From Cyanobacteriota bacterium (lineage in GTDB: Bacteria > Cyanobacteriota > Cyanobacteriia > PCC-6307 > Cyanobiaceae), in NCBI GenBank assembly GCA_046052125.1, contig JBJOMY010000001.1, positions 512,001-576,000 on the forward strand: 64,000 nucleotides of DNA, in the 5' to 3' direction. The stretch's first letter is position 1; every line of letters begins with the position of its first letter. Both the position numbers and the translations under genes were made by a program. The notes under the pieces were generated by a model that saw nothing but the letters and a program-made list of their open reading frames with translations, did not search any database and had not been told where the DNA came from. Below are positions 18,186 through 30,956 of the stretch, in pieces.

Positions 18186-19547
18186 ATGAGCGAGCATTTC
18201 GATCTGGTGGTGATCGGCGCCGGTTCCGGTGGGCTGGCAGCCGCCAAGCGGGCCGCCTCCTACGGAGCCCGGGTGGCGATTGTGGAAGGGGATCGGGTGG
18301 GCGGCACCTGCGTGATTCGCGGTTGCGTGCCCAAAAAACTGATGGTCTACGGCTCCGCCATGCGCCATCACCTTCACGACGCCGCCAGTTACGGCTGGAG
18401 CATGGGCGCTACGAGCCACAACAGCGCTGAGCTGCTGCAGCGGGTGCGCGCTGAAGTGGATCGGCTCAACCAATTACACATCGGCTTTCTGGAGAAAGCA
18501 GGGGTTGAGCTGGTGCAGGGCTGGGGTCGATTCGCCGATGCCCGCAGCGTCAGCGTGGTGGACCAGAGCGGCAGCGAGCAGCGGCGCCTCAACGCCGATC
18601 GCATCCTCATCGCCGTGGGCGGTCGCCCCAATCGCCCCACCATTCCGGGCGCCGAGCTGGGCTGGGTGAGCGACGACCTGTTCAATCTGGAGCGCTTCCC
18701 CGAACGGGTGGTGGTGGTGGGCGCCGGCTTCATTGCCTGCGAATTCGCCTGCATCCTCAATGGCCTGGGCGTATCGGTGACCCAGCTGGTGCGGGGCGAC
18801 CACCTGCTGCGGGGCTTCGATCTGGAGGCCGGCCGCGCCGTGGCAGAAGCGATGCAAGCCGATGGCATCGACATCCGCTTCACCCACAGCCCTGCCGCCA
18901 TTGAAGGCAGCCCCGGCGATCTCACGGTGATCAGCCAGAGCGGCGAACGGCTGCCCTGCAACGGCGTGCTGCTGGCCACCGGCCGGCGCCCCTTCCTCGA
19001 GGGCCTGAATCTGGAAGCAGCCGGCGTAGCGATCGAGGGGCATCGCATCCCTGTGGATGCCGAGCAGCGCACCAACGTGGCCAACGTCTACGCCGTGGGA
19101 GACGTGACCGATCGGGTCAACCTCACCCCCGTCGCCATCGATGAGGGCCGCGCACTGGCCGACACGATCTGGGGCGGCAAACCCCGCCAGGTGGATCACA
19201 ACCTGGTGGCCAGCGCCGTGTTCTCCCAGCCTGAACTCTCCAGCGTGGGCCTCACGGAAGAGCAGGCGATCGAGCGTTACGGCGCCGAGGGCGTGAAGGT
19301 GCATCGGGCACGGTTCCGGCCGATGAGCCAGGCGCTGCCGGCCCGTGATCCGAAGGTGCTGCTCAAGCTGGTGGTGGAGACCGCCAGCGGCAAGGTGCTG
19401 GGGTGCCACATGGTGGGAGAGCACGCCGCGGAGATCATTCAGATGGCAGCGATCGCCATCGGCATGGGTGCCACCAAGACCGACTTCGATCGCACCATGG
19501 CCCTGCACCCCACCGTGGCCGAAGAGTTCGTCACGATGCCGAACTAA
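18186..19547 (+). CDS. gor: glutathione-disulfide reductase
   Basis: GAGSGG, GGTCVIRGCVPKK redox motif, LTPVAI, HPTVAEEFVTM. Confidence 0.95.
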   Translation: MSEHFDLVVIGAGSGGLAAAKRAASYGARVAIVEGDRVGGTCVIRGCVPKKLMVYGSAMRHHLHDAASYGWSMGATSHNSAELLQRVRAEVDRLNQLHIGFLEKAGVELVQGWGRFADARSVSVVDQSGSEQRRLNADRILIAVGGRPNRPTIPGAELGWVSDDLFNLERFPERVVVVGAGFIACEFACILNGLGVSVTQLVRGDHLLRGFDLEAGRAVAEAMQADGIDIRFTHSPAAIEGSPGDLTVISQSGERLPCNGVLLATGRRPFLEGLNLEAAGVAIEGHRIPVDAEQRTNVANVYAVGDVTDRVNLTPVAIDEGRALADTIWGGKPRQVDHNLVASAVFSQPELSSVGLTEEQAIERYGAEGVKVHRARFRPMSQALPARDPKVLLKLVVETASGKVLGCHMVGEHAAEIIQMAAIAIGMGATKTDFDRTMALHPTVAEEFVTMPN

Positions 19548-19559
19548 CCCCGCGCCGCC

Positions 19560-20297
19560 GTGATCACTGCCCAACCGCGCACGATCCTGATCAGCGGTGC
19601 CAGCCGCGGCATCGGCCGTGCCATCGCCGAACGCCTCCTCGCCGATGGCCATCGACTCAGCCTGGGCTTGCGCGATCCAGCCGCTTTAGGCGGCAGCAGC
19701 TTGGATCCAGCGATCGCTGGCGTGGATGGCACAGGTCAGCCGCGGGTGCAGCTGCACCCCTACAAGGCTGAGGATCCAGCGACAGCTGAAGCCTGGGTGG
19801 CGAGCAGCGTGAGCCGTTTCGGCGCGATCGACACGGTGGTGCACTGCGCCGGTGTGTTCTCAAGGGCGCCACTGCTGTTTGCTTCAGGGCAGGAGCAAGA
19901 CATTCAGCAGCTCTGGGATGTGAATGTGATGGGGCCGTGGTGGCTCACCCGAGCGGCCTGGCCCCATCTCAGCGGCCACGGCGCCGGGCGGATCGTGGTG
20001 TTGGTGTCGATGAGCGGCAAACGCTCCAAGGGGCGGCTGGCGGGCTACACCGCCAGCAAATTTGCCCTGATGGGGCTCTGCCAAACCATGCGCAACGAGG
20101 GCTGGGACCAAGGGATCCGCGTCACCGCGATCTGCCCTAGCTGGGTCAACACCGACATGGCCGCCGCCGTGAACGCCATGCCCAAAGAGGCGATGAGCCA
20201 ACCCGCCGACATCGCCGCAATGACCGCGCAACTGCTGGAGCTACCCAACAACTGCGTGCCGTTTGAGCTGGCGGTGAGCTGCAACCTCGAGGTGTAG
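19560..20297 (+). CDS. short-chain dehydrogenase/reductase
   Basis: SGASRGIG and YTASK. Confidence 0.92.
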   Translation: MITAQPRTILISGASRGIGRAIAERLLADGHRLSLGLRDPAALGGSSLDPAIAGVDGTGQPRVQLHPYKAEDPATAEAWVASSVSRFGAIDTVVHCAGVFSRAPLLFASGQEQDIQQLWDVNVMGPWWLTRAAWPHLSGHGAGRIVVLVSMSGKRSKGRLAGYTASKFALMGLCQTMRNEGWDQGIRVTAICPSWVNTDMAAAVNAMPKEAMSQPADIAAMTAQLLELPNNCVPFELAVSCNLEV

Positions 20298-20320
20298 TCG
20301 GCTCACCGCGCGAGATCCGC

Positions 20321-20998
20321 TCAGCCGTTGGGCTGCAGATCCTCGAAGCGGAACACCTGGCGACCAGCCGGGGTGTCGCCGAAGGCCTCGGTTTCCACCA
20401 CGCGCTCGCTCAGCACCCAGGGGCCTTCACCAGCCAGGGGCACAAAGGTGTCGGTGAAGGTGCTCTTGCCGCCGCGGGATGCACCGGTGGCGGGATCGGT
20501 GTACTGGCTGGTGTAGCTGTGGCTGAGGTAACCGCTACCGGTGTCGGTGGTGCTCTCGGTGAAGATTGTCACCACGGTGCCGTGGATGTGGCGATGCACC
20601 ATCGTCACCACATCGCCCTTGATCCGGTAGCGATCGCCGGCGTTCTTACCGCCCACGATCACCTCGGTACCCACGGAATCGGTGTCACCGGCGGTGAAGG
20701 TGTTCTCGCCGTGGGTTTGCTCAAAGCTGCGGCGCACCCGGTGGATGCACACCTCCCACAGCTGGGAGGCCACAGCCTTGTGGATCTCTTCGTTATCGAT
20801 GTCCTCCACCTGGGCCTTGAGGTCAGCGCCCACGCTGAAGCTGCCTTCCGCCCGCTGATCACCTTGCTCCCAGACGCAGCGGCCGCGGTAACCGGCGAAG
20901 CCGGGCGCCCAGGTGTAGCGGTTCTCGTAGGCAGCGCGGAAAGCAGCAGTGCAGTCGCTGCCGGCAGCGATCACGGCAGGGCTGGGGGCAACGGTCAC
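20321..20998 (-). CDS. DUF3386 family protein
   Basis: FRAAYENRYTW.PGFAGY, IHRVRRSFEQTHG. Confidence 0.82.
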   Translation of the reverse strand: MTVAPSPAVIAAGSDCTAAFRAAYENRYTWAPGFAGYRGRCVWEQGDQRAEGSFSVGADLKAQVEDIDNEEIHKAVASQLWEVCIHRVRRSFEQTHGENTFTAGDTDSVGTEVIVGGKNAGDRYRIKGDVVTMVHRHIHGTVVTIFTESTTDTGSGYLSHSYTSQYTDPATGASRGGKSTFTDTFVPLAGEGPWVLSERVVETEAFGDTPAGRQVFRFEDLQPNG

Positions 20999-21057
20999 GG
21001 CGAGCACTAACGCAGAAGGCTCAGGCTACGGGGTTGAGCTGGGTGCAGGGGCTGCCC

Positions 21058-24351
<3,294 letters not shown>

Positions 24352-24433
24352 GGGCAGTTGTCCGGCGGCCAAACCCGCCTAGCCTCTCACGGGGGATGGC
24401 TAGTGTTGATCCCAAGTCAGAGGTGACGTCTTC

Positions 24434-25069
24434 ATGAGCGAACTCCAGCGCCTGAAGGGGCTGCTGCCCCCCGAGATGCAGAGCTGGGTGTTTGTGGAAG
24501 CCGCCGCTTCAGCTGATCCGCCGCTGATCACGATCGAAGAGATCGGCCGCGATGAGGTGGAGATCCAGCTTGATCTGCAGAAGTGGGATGCGCTGGCGAT
24601 CGATCACCGCAACCTGCTCTTCTGGCACGAAGTGGGCCGCATCCAGAACGACGCGGTGCCTCGCGACGGCTGGGAAATGGCAGCCCTGGCGATCGGCCTG
24701 GGCGGCGCCATCGGTGAGCTCTGGGTGCAGGACGGCCTGCTGCTGCTGATGGCGCTCGGCCTTTCCGGTTTCGCCGGCTACCGCCTCTATCTCAAGAACA
24801 ACTCCGAGAAGCGCCTGCAGGACGCGATCGCCGCCGACGAGCGCGCCATCGACCTGGCCTGCCGCTTCGGCTACAGCCTGCCCAATGCCTACAAGAGCCT
24901 GGGCGGCGCCCTGAAGGAACTGGTGGAGCAGACCCGCAAGAAGAAAAAGCGCGGCTTCTACGAAGACCGGCTGGAGGCGCTGCGCAAGAGTGCAGGGAAG
25001 GCCCGCGCCGAGATGGCGCAACAACAGGGCTCCCGTCAATCCGTGAGCAGCGAGAACGTGTATGGCTGA
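24434..25069 (+). CDS. DUF3318 family protein
   Basis: ELQRLKGLLPPE, RNLLFWHEVGRIQ, GWEMAALAIGLGG; usual position between carB and rsfS. Confidence 0.8.
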   Translation: MSELQRLKGLLPPEMQSWVFVEAAASADPPLITIEEIGRDEVEIQLDLQKWDALAIDHRNLLFWHEVGRIQNDAVPRDGWEMAALAIGLGGAIGELWVQDGLLLLMALGLSGFAGYRLYLKNNSEKRLQDAIAADERAIDLACRFGYSLPNAYKSLGGALKELVEQTRKKKKRGFYEDRLEALRKSAGKARAEMAQQQGSRQSVSSENVYG

Positions 25070-25514
25070 GGCCGTTAACCCCTCAGAGGCCGCCAGCCCC
25101 ACCAAACCCAGTCCCGACCCCAGCCGCCCCCGGCTCAACCTCGACGACAGCAAGCAGCTGGCGCTGTTGGCCGCTGAAGCCTGCGACGACCGCAAGGCCG
25201 GCGACATCGTGCTGCTGCGGGTGGAGGAGATTTCCTCGATCGCCGACTGGTTCGTGATCGCCACCGGCTTCTCCGATGTGCAGGTGCGCGCCATCGCCCG
25301 TTCAGTGGAAGACAAGATCGAGGAGGAGAGCGGCGGCCGCCTGCCCCTTCGCAAAGAGGGCCAGAAGGAAGGGCGCTGGATCCTGCTGGATTACGGCGAG
25401 GTGATCGTGCACGCCCTCACCCCCGATGAGCGCAGCTACTACGACCTCGAATCCTTCTGGGGCCACGGCGAGAAGGAGACCTATCTAGGGTCGGAACAAG
25501 CACCGCCGGCCTGA
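25062..25514 (+). CDS. rsfS: ribosome silencing factor RsfS (Iojap)
   Basis: DDRKAGDI, DWFVIATG, WILLDYGEVIVH, RSYYDLESFW. Confidence 0.95.
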   Translation: MAEAVNPSEAASPTKPSPDPSRPRLNLDDSKQLALLAAEACDDRKAGDIVLLRVEEISSIADWFVIATGFSDVQVRAIARSVEDKIEEESGGRLPLRKEGQKEGRWILLDYGEVIVHALTPDERSYYDLESFWGHGEKETYLGSEQAPPA

Positions 25515-25526
25515 GGCCGGGCCCCG

Positions 25527-26045
25527 ATGGCCGGCACCGACCCCACCCCGGATCTCAGCCAGGTGGTGTGTCCGGTGCCGCGTGAGCAGCGGCCGCTCGA
25601 GCAATACAAGGAGCTGCAAGCCAGCTGGTTTTTCGTGTGGCCGCACAACGGCACCCGTGGCTTGGCCAACCCGCTGATCCGCGCCTGGCTGATCGTTTTG
25701 CCGCTCACGATGCTCGTAGCCAGCGGCAGTGTTCCCCTGCGCCACAACCTGCCGCGGCTGGTGATCGCCGGTGCGGTGGCCGGGCTGGTGCTGCCGCTGC
25801 TTCTGCTGGTGCGGCAGTGGCTGGGCTGGACCAACCTGCAGCGCCGCCTGATGGCGACGGCGGTGGAATACGAGGAATCGGGCTGGTACGACGGCCAGGT
25901 GTGGGAAAAACCGGTGGCCTGGCGTCAGCAAGACCTGCTGGTGGCCAACCACGAGGTGAAGCCCGTGCTCTGGCGGTTGCAGCAGGCGATGGCCATCATT
26001 GCGGCGTTGATGCTGGTGGGATCCAGCCTCTGTCAGGCTCTCTGA
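25527..26045 (+). CDS. CGLD27 / Ycf36 (DUF1230) family protein
   Basis: CPVPREQRP, LGW, YEESGWYDGQVWEKP. Confidence 0.88.
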   Translation: MAGTDPTPDLSQVVCPVPREQRPLEQYKELQASWFFVWPHNGTRGLANPLIRAWLIVLPLTMLVASGSVPLRHNLPRLVIAGAVAGLVLPLLLLVRQWLGWTNLQRRLMATAVEYEESGWYDGQVWEKPVAWRQQDLLVANHEVKPVLWRLQQAMAIIAALMLVGSSLCQAL

Positions 26046-26066
26046 GCGATCGGGCTTGAGCCCTGC

Positions 26067-27047
26067 ATGAGCTTCTCGAGCAGCTTCGGAACCAGCGGAC
26101 GCCCGAGCGTGCCGCCCCTCGAGGTGCGGCTCACCCGTAATGGCATCCATGAGTCGCTGCATCGGGTGCATGCGGTGGTGTGCGACCAGCGCGGGCGCGT
26201 GTTGATGCGAGCCGGCGACCCGCAGCAGCTGAGTTTCATCCGCTCGGCCCTCAAACCCTTCCAGGCCCAGGTGTTCGTGAGCAGCGGCGCTGCCGACCAG
26301 GGCAACCACGATGAGCGCGCCCTGGCGATCGCCTGTGCCTCCCACGCCGGCGATGCCGAACAGGCCCGTGAGGCGTTCAAGATCCTCTGGAAATCAGATC
26401 TCGAAACCGAGCAGCTTCAGTGCCCAGTGCCCTCCGGGAGGACCAGCCCGCTGGAGCACAACTGCTCAGGCAAACACGCCGCCTTCCTGGCCACCTGCAA
26501 ACGGATGCAATGGCCCTTGGAAAGCTATCTGCAGCTCGATCACCCGCTACAGCAACAGGTGCTCAAGCGAGTGGGTGAGTTGCTGGGCATGCCCGCCGCC
26601 GAACTCCTCGCCGCCCGCGACGACTGCGGCGCTCCCACCCTGCAACTGCAGCTAGCCCAGATGGCGCTGTTGTTCGCCCACCTGGGGGCCAGCGAGCAGC
26701 CTGAGCTCGAGCGCCTGAGCCGGGCGATGCTCGCCCACCCCGATCTGGTGGCTGGCGAAGGCCGCTTCGACACGGTGGTGATGCAAAGCGGCCACGGCCA
26801 GGTGCTGAGCAAAGGCGGCGCCGAAGGCATCCAATGCCTCAGCCGCGTGGGTGAGGGTTTGGGTCTGGCTATCAAGGTGGAAGACGGCGCCAGTCGTGCC
26901 AAACACGCGGTAGCCCTGCACTTGATGCAGCAGCTGGAGTGGCTCACCCCCACCACACTCGACGCCCTGAACGAGCAATTCCTCCACCCCAACGAGGGCG
27001 TGAAGCTCGAGGTGAGCGGCGAACTGAAGTTCGACAACGGCCGCTGA
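26067..27047 (+). CDS. L-asparaginase II (Rhizobium-type) family protein
   Basis: ESLH, RSALKPFQ, ASHAG, HNCSGKH, DDCGAP, KGGAEG. Confidence 0.88.
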   Translation: MSFSSSFGTSGRPSVPPLEVRLTRNGIHESLHRVHAVVCDQRGRVLMRAGDPQQLSFIRSALKPFQAQVFVSSGAADQGNHDERALAIACASHAGDAEQAREAFKILWKSDLETEQLQCPVPSGRTSPLEHNCSGKHAAFLATCKRMQWPLESYLQLDHPLQQQVLKRVGELLGMPAAELLAARDDCGAPTLQLQLAQMALLFAHLGASEQPELERLSRAMLAHPDLVAGEGRFDTVVMQSGHGQVLSKGGAEGIQCLSRVGEGLGLAIKVEDGASRAKHAVALHLMQQLEWLTPTTLDALNEQFLHPNEGVKLEVSGELKFDNGR

Positions 27048-27263
27048 GGGCTCAGGTGCCGATCTCTGCGGTGCCGCCTCACGGAACCGAGTGACCGTGC
27101 TGGATAGGGCGAACGATGCGCGCCGTGGGCGGCAGCAAACCTCTTCCAGAAGGTTGTCGGGATGTGAGACCACTTTTGGCGCGATGTGGTCCCACATCTG
27201 GAGACGGACTGGAACAGCGCTCATGGGCCGCGCTCACCGCTGGTGGGCACAGCGACGAACCCC

Positions 27264-27944
27264 TCAGGCGCTCAGGGCGTCGCGCTCGAACTGATCGGCT
27301 GCCGCCTCGGTGGGGGCCACGGCGAACAGGGCTGAAGCAATCTCGGGGCTGATCGTGAACGTATCGAGGCCCTCGGCAGCCAAGCGGGCCAGGTCGTCGG
27401 TTGAGCGGAGGCTGGCGACCAGCAAACGCAGGGCGGGGGCCGAGGGTGCGGCTGAGTGGGCGGGGCTTAAGGCCTCCACGATCCGCTGCATACGGACGAG
27501 TTCCGCGTGGCCGTCGCGGCCGAGATCACCGATGCGGCCGAGATAAGGGGCGATGTAGTCGGCACCGAGGGCTGCCGCCAGCAGCACCTGAGCCGGCTCG
27601 TAGCAGGCGGTGAAGGTCACCGAGCAGCCCTCGGCGATCAGGCTGCGGGCAGCGGTGGCGCCGGCGCGGGTGATCGGCAGCTTCACCCAGATCCTCCCAG
27701 GAGCCAACTGCGCCAGTGCCCGGCCGCATCCGAGAAGATCATCCCCCCAGGCCTGGAGATGCAACTCCTGCACACCGTGCTCGATCGCCACAGCGGTCAG
27801 CGCCGCCAAGTGCTCAAGGTTGCAAGCCTGACCAGCGCGACGCAGGAGTGTGGGGTTGGTGGTGACCCCGCGGAACAGGCCCGAGGGCAGCCATTCGGCC
27901 CAGGCGACCGGATCAGCGCTATCGAGGAGGAGACGCAACGCCAT
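27264..27944 (-). CDS. transaldolase / fructose-6-phosphate aldolase family protein
   Basis: LLDSAD, GVTTNPTL, WVKLP Schiff-base Lys, YIAPYLGR, LLVAS. Confidence 0.88.
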   Translation of the reverse strand: MALRLLLDSADPVAWAEWLPSGLFRGVTTNPTLLRRAGQACNLEHLAALTAVAIEHGVQELHLQAWGDDLLGCGRALAQLAPGRIWVKLPITRAGATAARSLIAEGCSVTFTACYEPAQVLLAAALGADYIAPYLGRIGDLGRDGHAELVRMQRIVEALSPAHSAAPSAPALRLLVASLRSTDDLARLAAEGLDTFTISPEIASALFAVAPTEAAADQFERDALSA

Positions 27945-28017
27945 CACAGGAGGAAGGCCGCGCTGCGACCCAGGTCATCGGACCAGCCCATGCTGCCGTG
28001 TATGATTTAGAGGACGC

Positions 28018-28094
<77 letters not shown>

Positions 28095-28100
28095 AACCAG

Positions 28101-28136
28101 AAACCCCGGCCATCGCAAGATCGGTCGGGGTTTTTT
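28101..28136 (+). terminator. intrinsic terminator after the tRNA
   Basis: AAACCCCGGCC...GGTCGGGG followed by T6. Confidence 0.8.
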
Positions 28137-28254
28137 GATGTCAACAAACAGCCGCGCCTGGCCCGAGCCTGTGATCCCTCGGCCCAGACAATCGCGCGAG
28201 GATTGCAACAGCAACCTCCTTGATTCTTTTCCGCCAGTCGTTCAGCAGCACCCG

Positions 28255-28467
28255 ATGACGAGCGCACTCTCAACACCCGACGCAGCCGCAGTCGAACCCA
28301 CCAGCCCAACCCGGGCCAGCACGATCCAAGCGGCCGCCAACACGCACCCGCTCCTCCTGGCGGCGGTGTTGGTGTGGATGAGCATTGAGCTGATCGGCGA
28401 TGGACTGTTGGCCACCCGCAGCCTGCTGGAGAGCGTGATCAGCGAGCGCAACGTCACCCCCTCCTGA
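28255..28467 (+). CDS. small membrane hypothetical protein (70 aa)
   Basis: One hydrophobic segment; TGA overlaps the ATG of the GMC gene. Confidence 0.5.
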   Translation: MTSALSTPDAAAVEPTSPTRASTIQAAANTHPLLLAAVLVWMSIELIGDGLLATRSLLESVISERNVTPS

Positions 28468-30098
28468 TGGCCGACGCGATTGTGGTGGGGTCGGGGGCCA
28501 GTGGCGGTGTGGCCGCGCTGGCCCTGGCGCAAGCGGGGCTCCAGGTGCTGGTGCTCGAGGCCGGTCCAGAGCTCAGCGCCGCCCGCGCCTTCGGGAGTGA
28601 GCCAGCCAACAGCCTCAAGCGCCTAGCCAACGTGAGCAGCGGCCGCCAGCGCCTGGCGGCGCAGCACCCGGGCTACTGGAAAGCCAACCCCGATCTCTAC
28701 GTCGACGAGTGGCAGAACCCCTACAGCACCCCTGAGGGGCAGCCCTTTCTCTGGACCCGTGGGCGCCAGGTTGGCGGCAAGAGCCTCACCTGGGGTGGCA
28801 TCACCCTGCGGCTTTCGGACGCTGAATTTGATGCCGCCTCCCGCGACGGCCATGGGCGCAGCTGGCCGATCCGCCACGCCGATCTGGCCCCCTTCTACGA
28901 ACGGCTCGAGCGGCTACTCCAGATCCACGGCCAGCGCGACGGCCTCCCCCAGCTGCCCAACCCTGAAGGCGCCCCGAACCCAGCCTTACCGCTCACCCCG
29001 GCGGAGGAGCACCTGCAGCGCTGCATCCGCCGCGATCTCGATCTCCCCCTGATCCCCTCCCGCGGTTTTGCGCTGCACCGCAGCGCCGATGGCCCCTGGC
29101 CACGCTCTTGCTCCCAGGGGGGTGCGCTCAAGGCCGCCCTGGCCACGGGCCGCGTGCAGCTGCAAAGCGAGGCGGTGGTGAGCCATGTGCAGGTGGATCC
29201 CCGCAGCGGCCGCGCCACGGGCGTGGAGTGGATCAATGCCCGCAGCGGCCGCCGTGAACACAGCCAGGCCGCGCTGGTGGTGCTCTGCGCCTCCACGATT
29301 GAGAGCCTGCGGCTGCTGCTTCACTCGCAGAAGGTGGGTGGCCTCGAAGAGGTGAGCGGCCTGCTGGGGCAGGGGCTGATGGATCACGTGTCAGCCAGCT
29401 GTTTCTTCGCACTGCCTGAGCAACCGGCCCCTGGGGCCACCGAACTCTCGGGAGCGGGAAGCTGCTTCATCCCCAACACCGTGAACCTGGGCGGCGGCGA
29501 TCCAGCCCAGAAGTTCCTGCGTGGTTATGGGCTGTGGTGCGGCATTCAGCGCTTTGACCCACCCCAGCTGCTCAAACGGGAACGGGGTGCTGCGGTGGGG
29601 TTCCTGATTGGCCATGGGGAGGTGCTCAGCCGGCCGGAGAACCGCGTGAGCCTGGATTCACAGCACCAGGATGCCTGGGGGCTGCCGATTGCCCACATCG
29701 ATTGCCGCTGGAGCACAAACGAGCAGGCGATGGTGCGCCACATGCAGGCGCGGATGCAGGCGGTGGTGGCGAGCGGCGGCGGACGCATCGCCCCACTGGC
29801 GGATCTGTTTGTGATGCCGCTGATCGAGCCGTTGGTGCAGGGCAGCCTGGCGATGGCCCCTGGAGCCGCACCGCCTGGGTATTACATCCACGAGCTGGGC
29901 GGAGCGCCGATGGCGGCCAGCGAGGCCGAGGGGGTGCTGAACCCCTGGAACCAGCTCTGGCGCACCCCCAACCTGCTGGTGTGCGACGGCAGCGCCTGGC
30001 CCAGCGCCGGTTGGCAAAGCCCAACGCTCACCACCATGGCGTTGAGCTGGCGGGCGTGCTCCCATGCGGCGGAAGCGATGCAGCGCGGTGAGCTTTAA
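28467..30098 (+). CDS. GMC family oxidoreductase
   Basis: VVGSGASGG FAD motif, GGKSLTWGG, LMDH, HELGGAPM, SPTLTTMAL. Confidence 0.92.
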   Translation: MADAIVVGSGASGGVAALALAQAGLQVLVLEAGPELSAARAFGSEPANSLKRLANVSSGRQRLAAQHPGYWKANPDLYVDEWQNPYSTPEGQPFLWTRGRQVGGKSLTWGGITLRLSDAEFDAASRDGHGRSWPIRHADLAPFYERLERLLQIHGQRDGLPQLPNPEGAPNPALPLTPAEEHLQRCIRRDLDLPLIPSRGFALHRSADGPWPRSCSQGGALKAALATGRVQLQSEAVVSHVQVDPRSGRATGVEWINARSGRREHSQAALVVLCASTIESLRLLLHSQKVGGLEEVSGLLGQGLMDHVSASCFFALPEQPAPGATELSGAGSCFIPNTVNLGGGDPAQKFLRGYGLWCGIQRFDPPQLLKRERGAAVGFLIGHGEVLSRPENRVSLDSQHQDAWGLPIAHIDCRWSTNEQAMVRHMQARMQAVVASGGGRIAPLADLFVMPLIEPLVQGSLAMAPGAAPPGYYIHELGGAPMAASEAEGVLNPWNQLWRTPNLLVCDGSAWPSAGWQSPTLTTMALSWRACSHAAEAMQRGEL

Positions 30099-30203
30099 CT
30101 GACACAGCACCAACTTTGGTGTCATCCACCACATCGGCTGGGCCGCGAGCCCCGCACACTATGCAGGCGACCTTTCAACGGGTCGGGCAAGGGAGAAACA
30201 CAG

Positions 30204-30230
30204 GCGGGAGCTCGGCACTCCCGCTTTTTT
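30204..30230 (+). terminator. intrinsic terminator (possibly the 3' end of an sRNA)
   Basis: GCGGGAG-loop-CTCCCGC followed by T6. Confidence 0.75.
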
Positions 30231-30267
30231 GTGTGTACGCAACAGCTGGATTCATCCGGCCTGGGCC

Positions 30268-30591
30268 TCACTCGCCAGGCTTCATGAACAGGCCATTGAG
30301 GTAGTGCTGGGCCACGCAGCGATCGCCACAGCCGTTCTGAAATAGGAAACCAGCCAGGGCCGAGGTGATCACGCGGTACTGGTCCCACTCGGGGCGGCTG
30401 CTGAGGAAGGCACGCATGCCATCGAAGAGGGCTTCAGGCACCTCGGCCTCGAGGCTGATGCGTGAGGCGCTGGCGGCGTCTTGCTGTTCGAGGCAGCGGC
30501 TGAGGTGATCGCGGGCATCACGGGCGACTGCAGCGGCTTGCTCCAGCTCTGCACCACTGTGATCCACCTGCACCTGCTGCTCGAACTCCAA
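30268..30591 (-). CDS. DUF2811 family protein
   Basis: SLEAEVPEALFDGM..F....P.WDQYRVITSALAGFLFQNG; TTG start preceded by AGGAG. Confidence 0.78.
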   Translation of the reverse strand: MEFEQQVQVDHSGAELEQAAAVARDARDHLSRCLEQQDAASASRISLEAEVPEALFDGMRAFLSSRPEWDQYRVITSALAGFLFQNGCGDRCVAQHYLNGLFMKPGE

Positions 30592-30956
30592 GCGATCTCC
30601 TGCGTCGGGACTGCCATCAATCCACAGCAGGGCCACCGGCGTCAAAGCCGGCGCATCAGGCCAAAACCATCGCGAGACACAGCGAGATCGCCCATGGCTG
30701 CAGTGCATCGACGGGGCTTGCGCGCTGCGGTAGTGGGCCGCCTAGCCGTAACCGCAACGCTGTCAAGCAGGGGTTGAACGAAATGGCGCAATCCACAGAA
30801 ACAGCGCCGTCAGGCATCAGGGGGGCGCAGGGCTGTGGAAAACCCAGCAACCAGCTGTGGAAACAACGCTGATCTTGGGGAAACCCGCTATTGATCAGCA
30901 GGGCTTATGCGCGCGGGTCTCGTGCGACCCGGCCGCAACCGAGACGCGTGAGTAGC

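Noticed and set aside
18474..19652. Long antisense or alternative-frame ORFs (also 1035-2030, 7889-9067, 30891-31856, 39448-40416 and others)
   Set aside because: Shadows of well-supported genes caused by high GC3; no recognisable motifs
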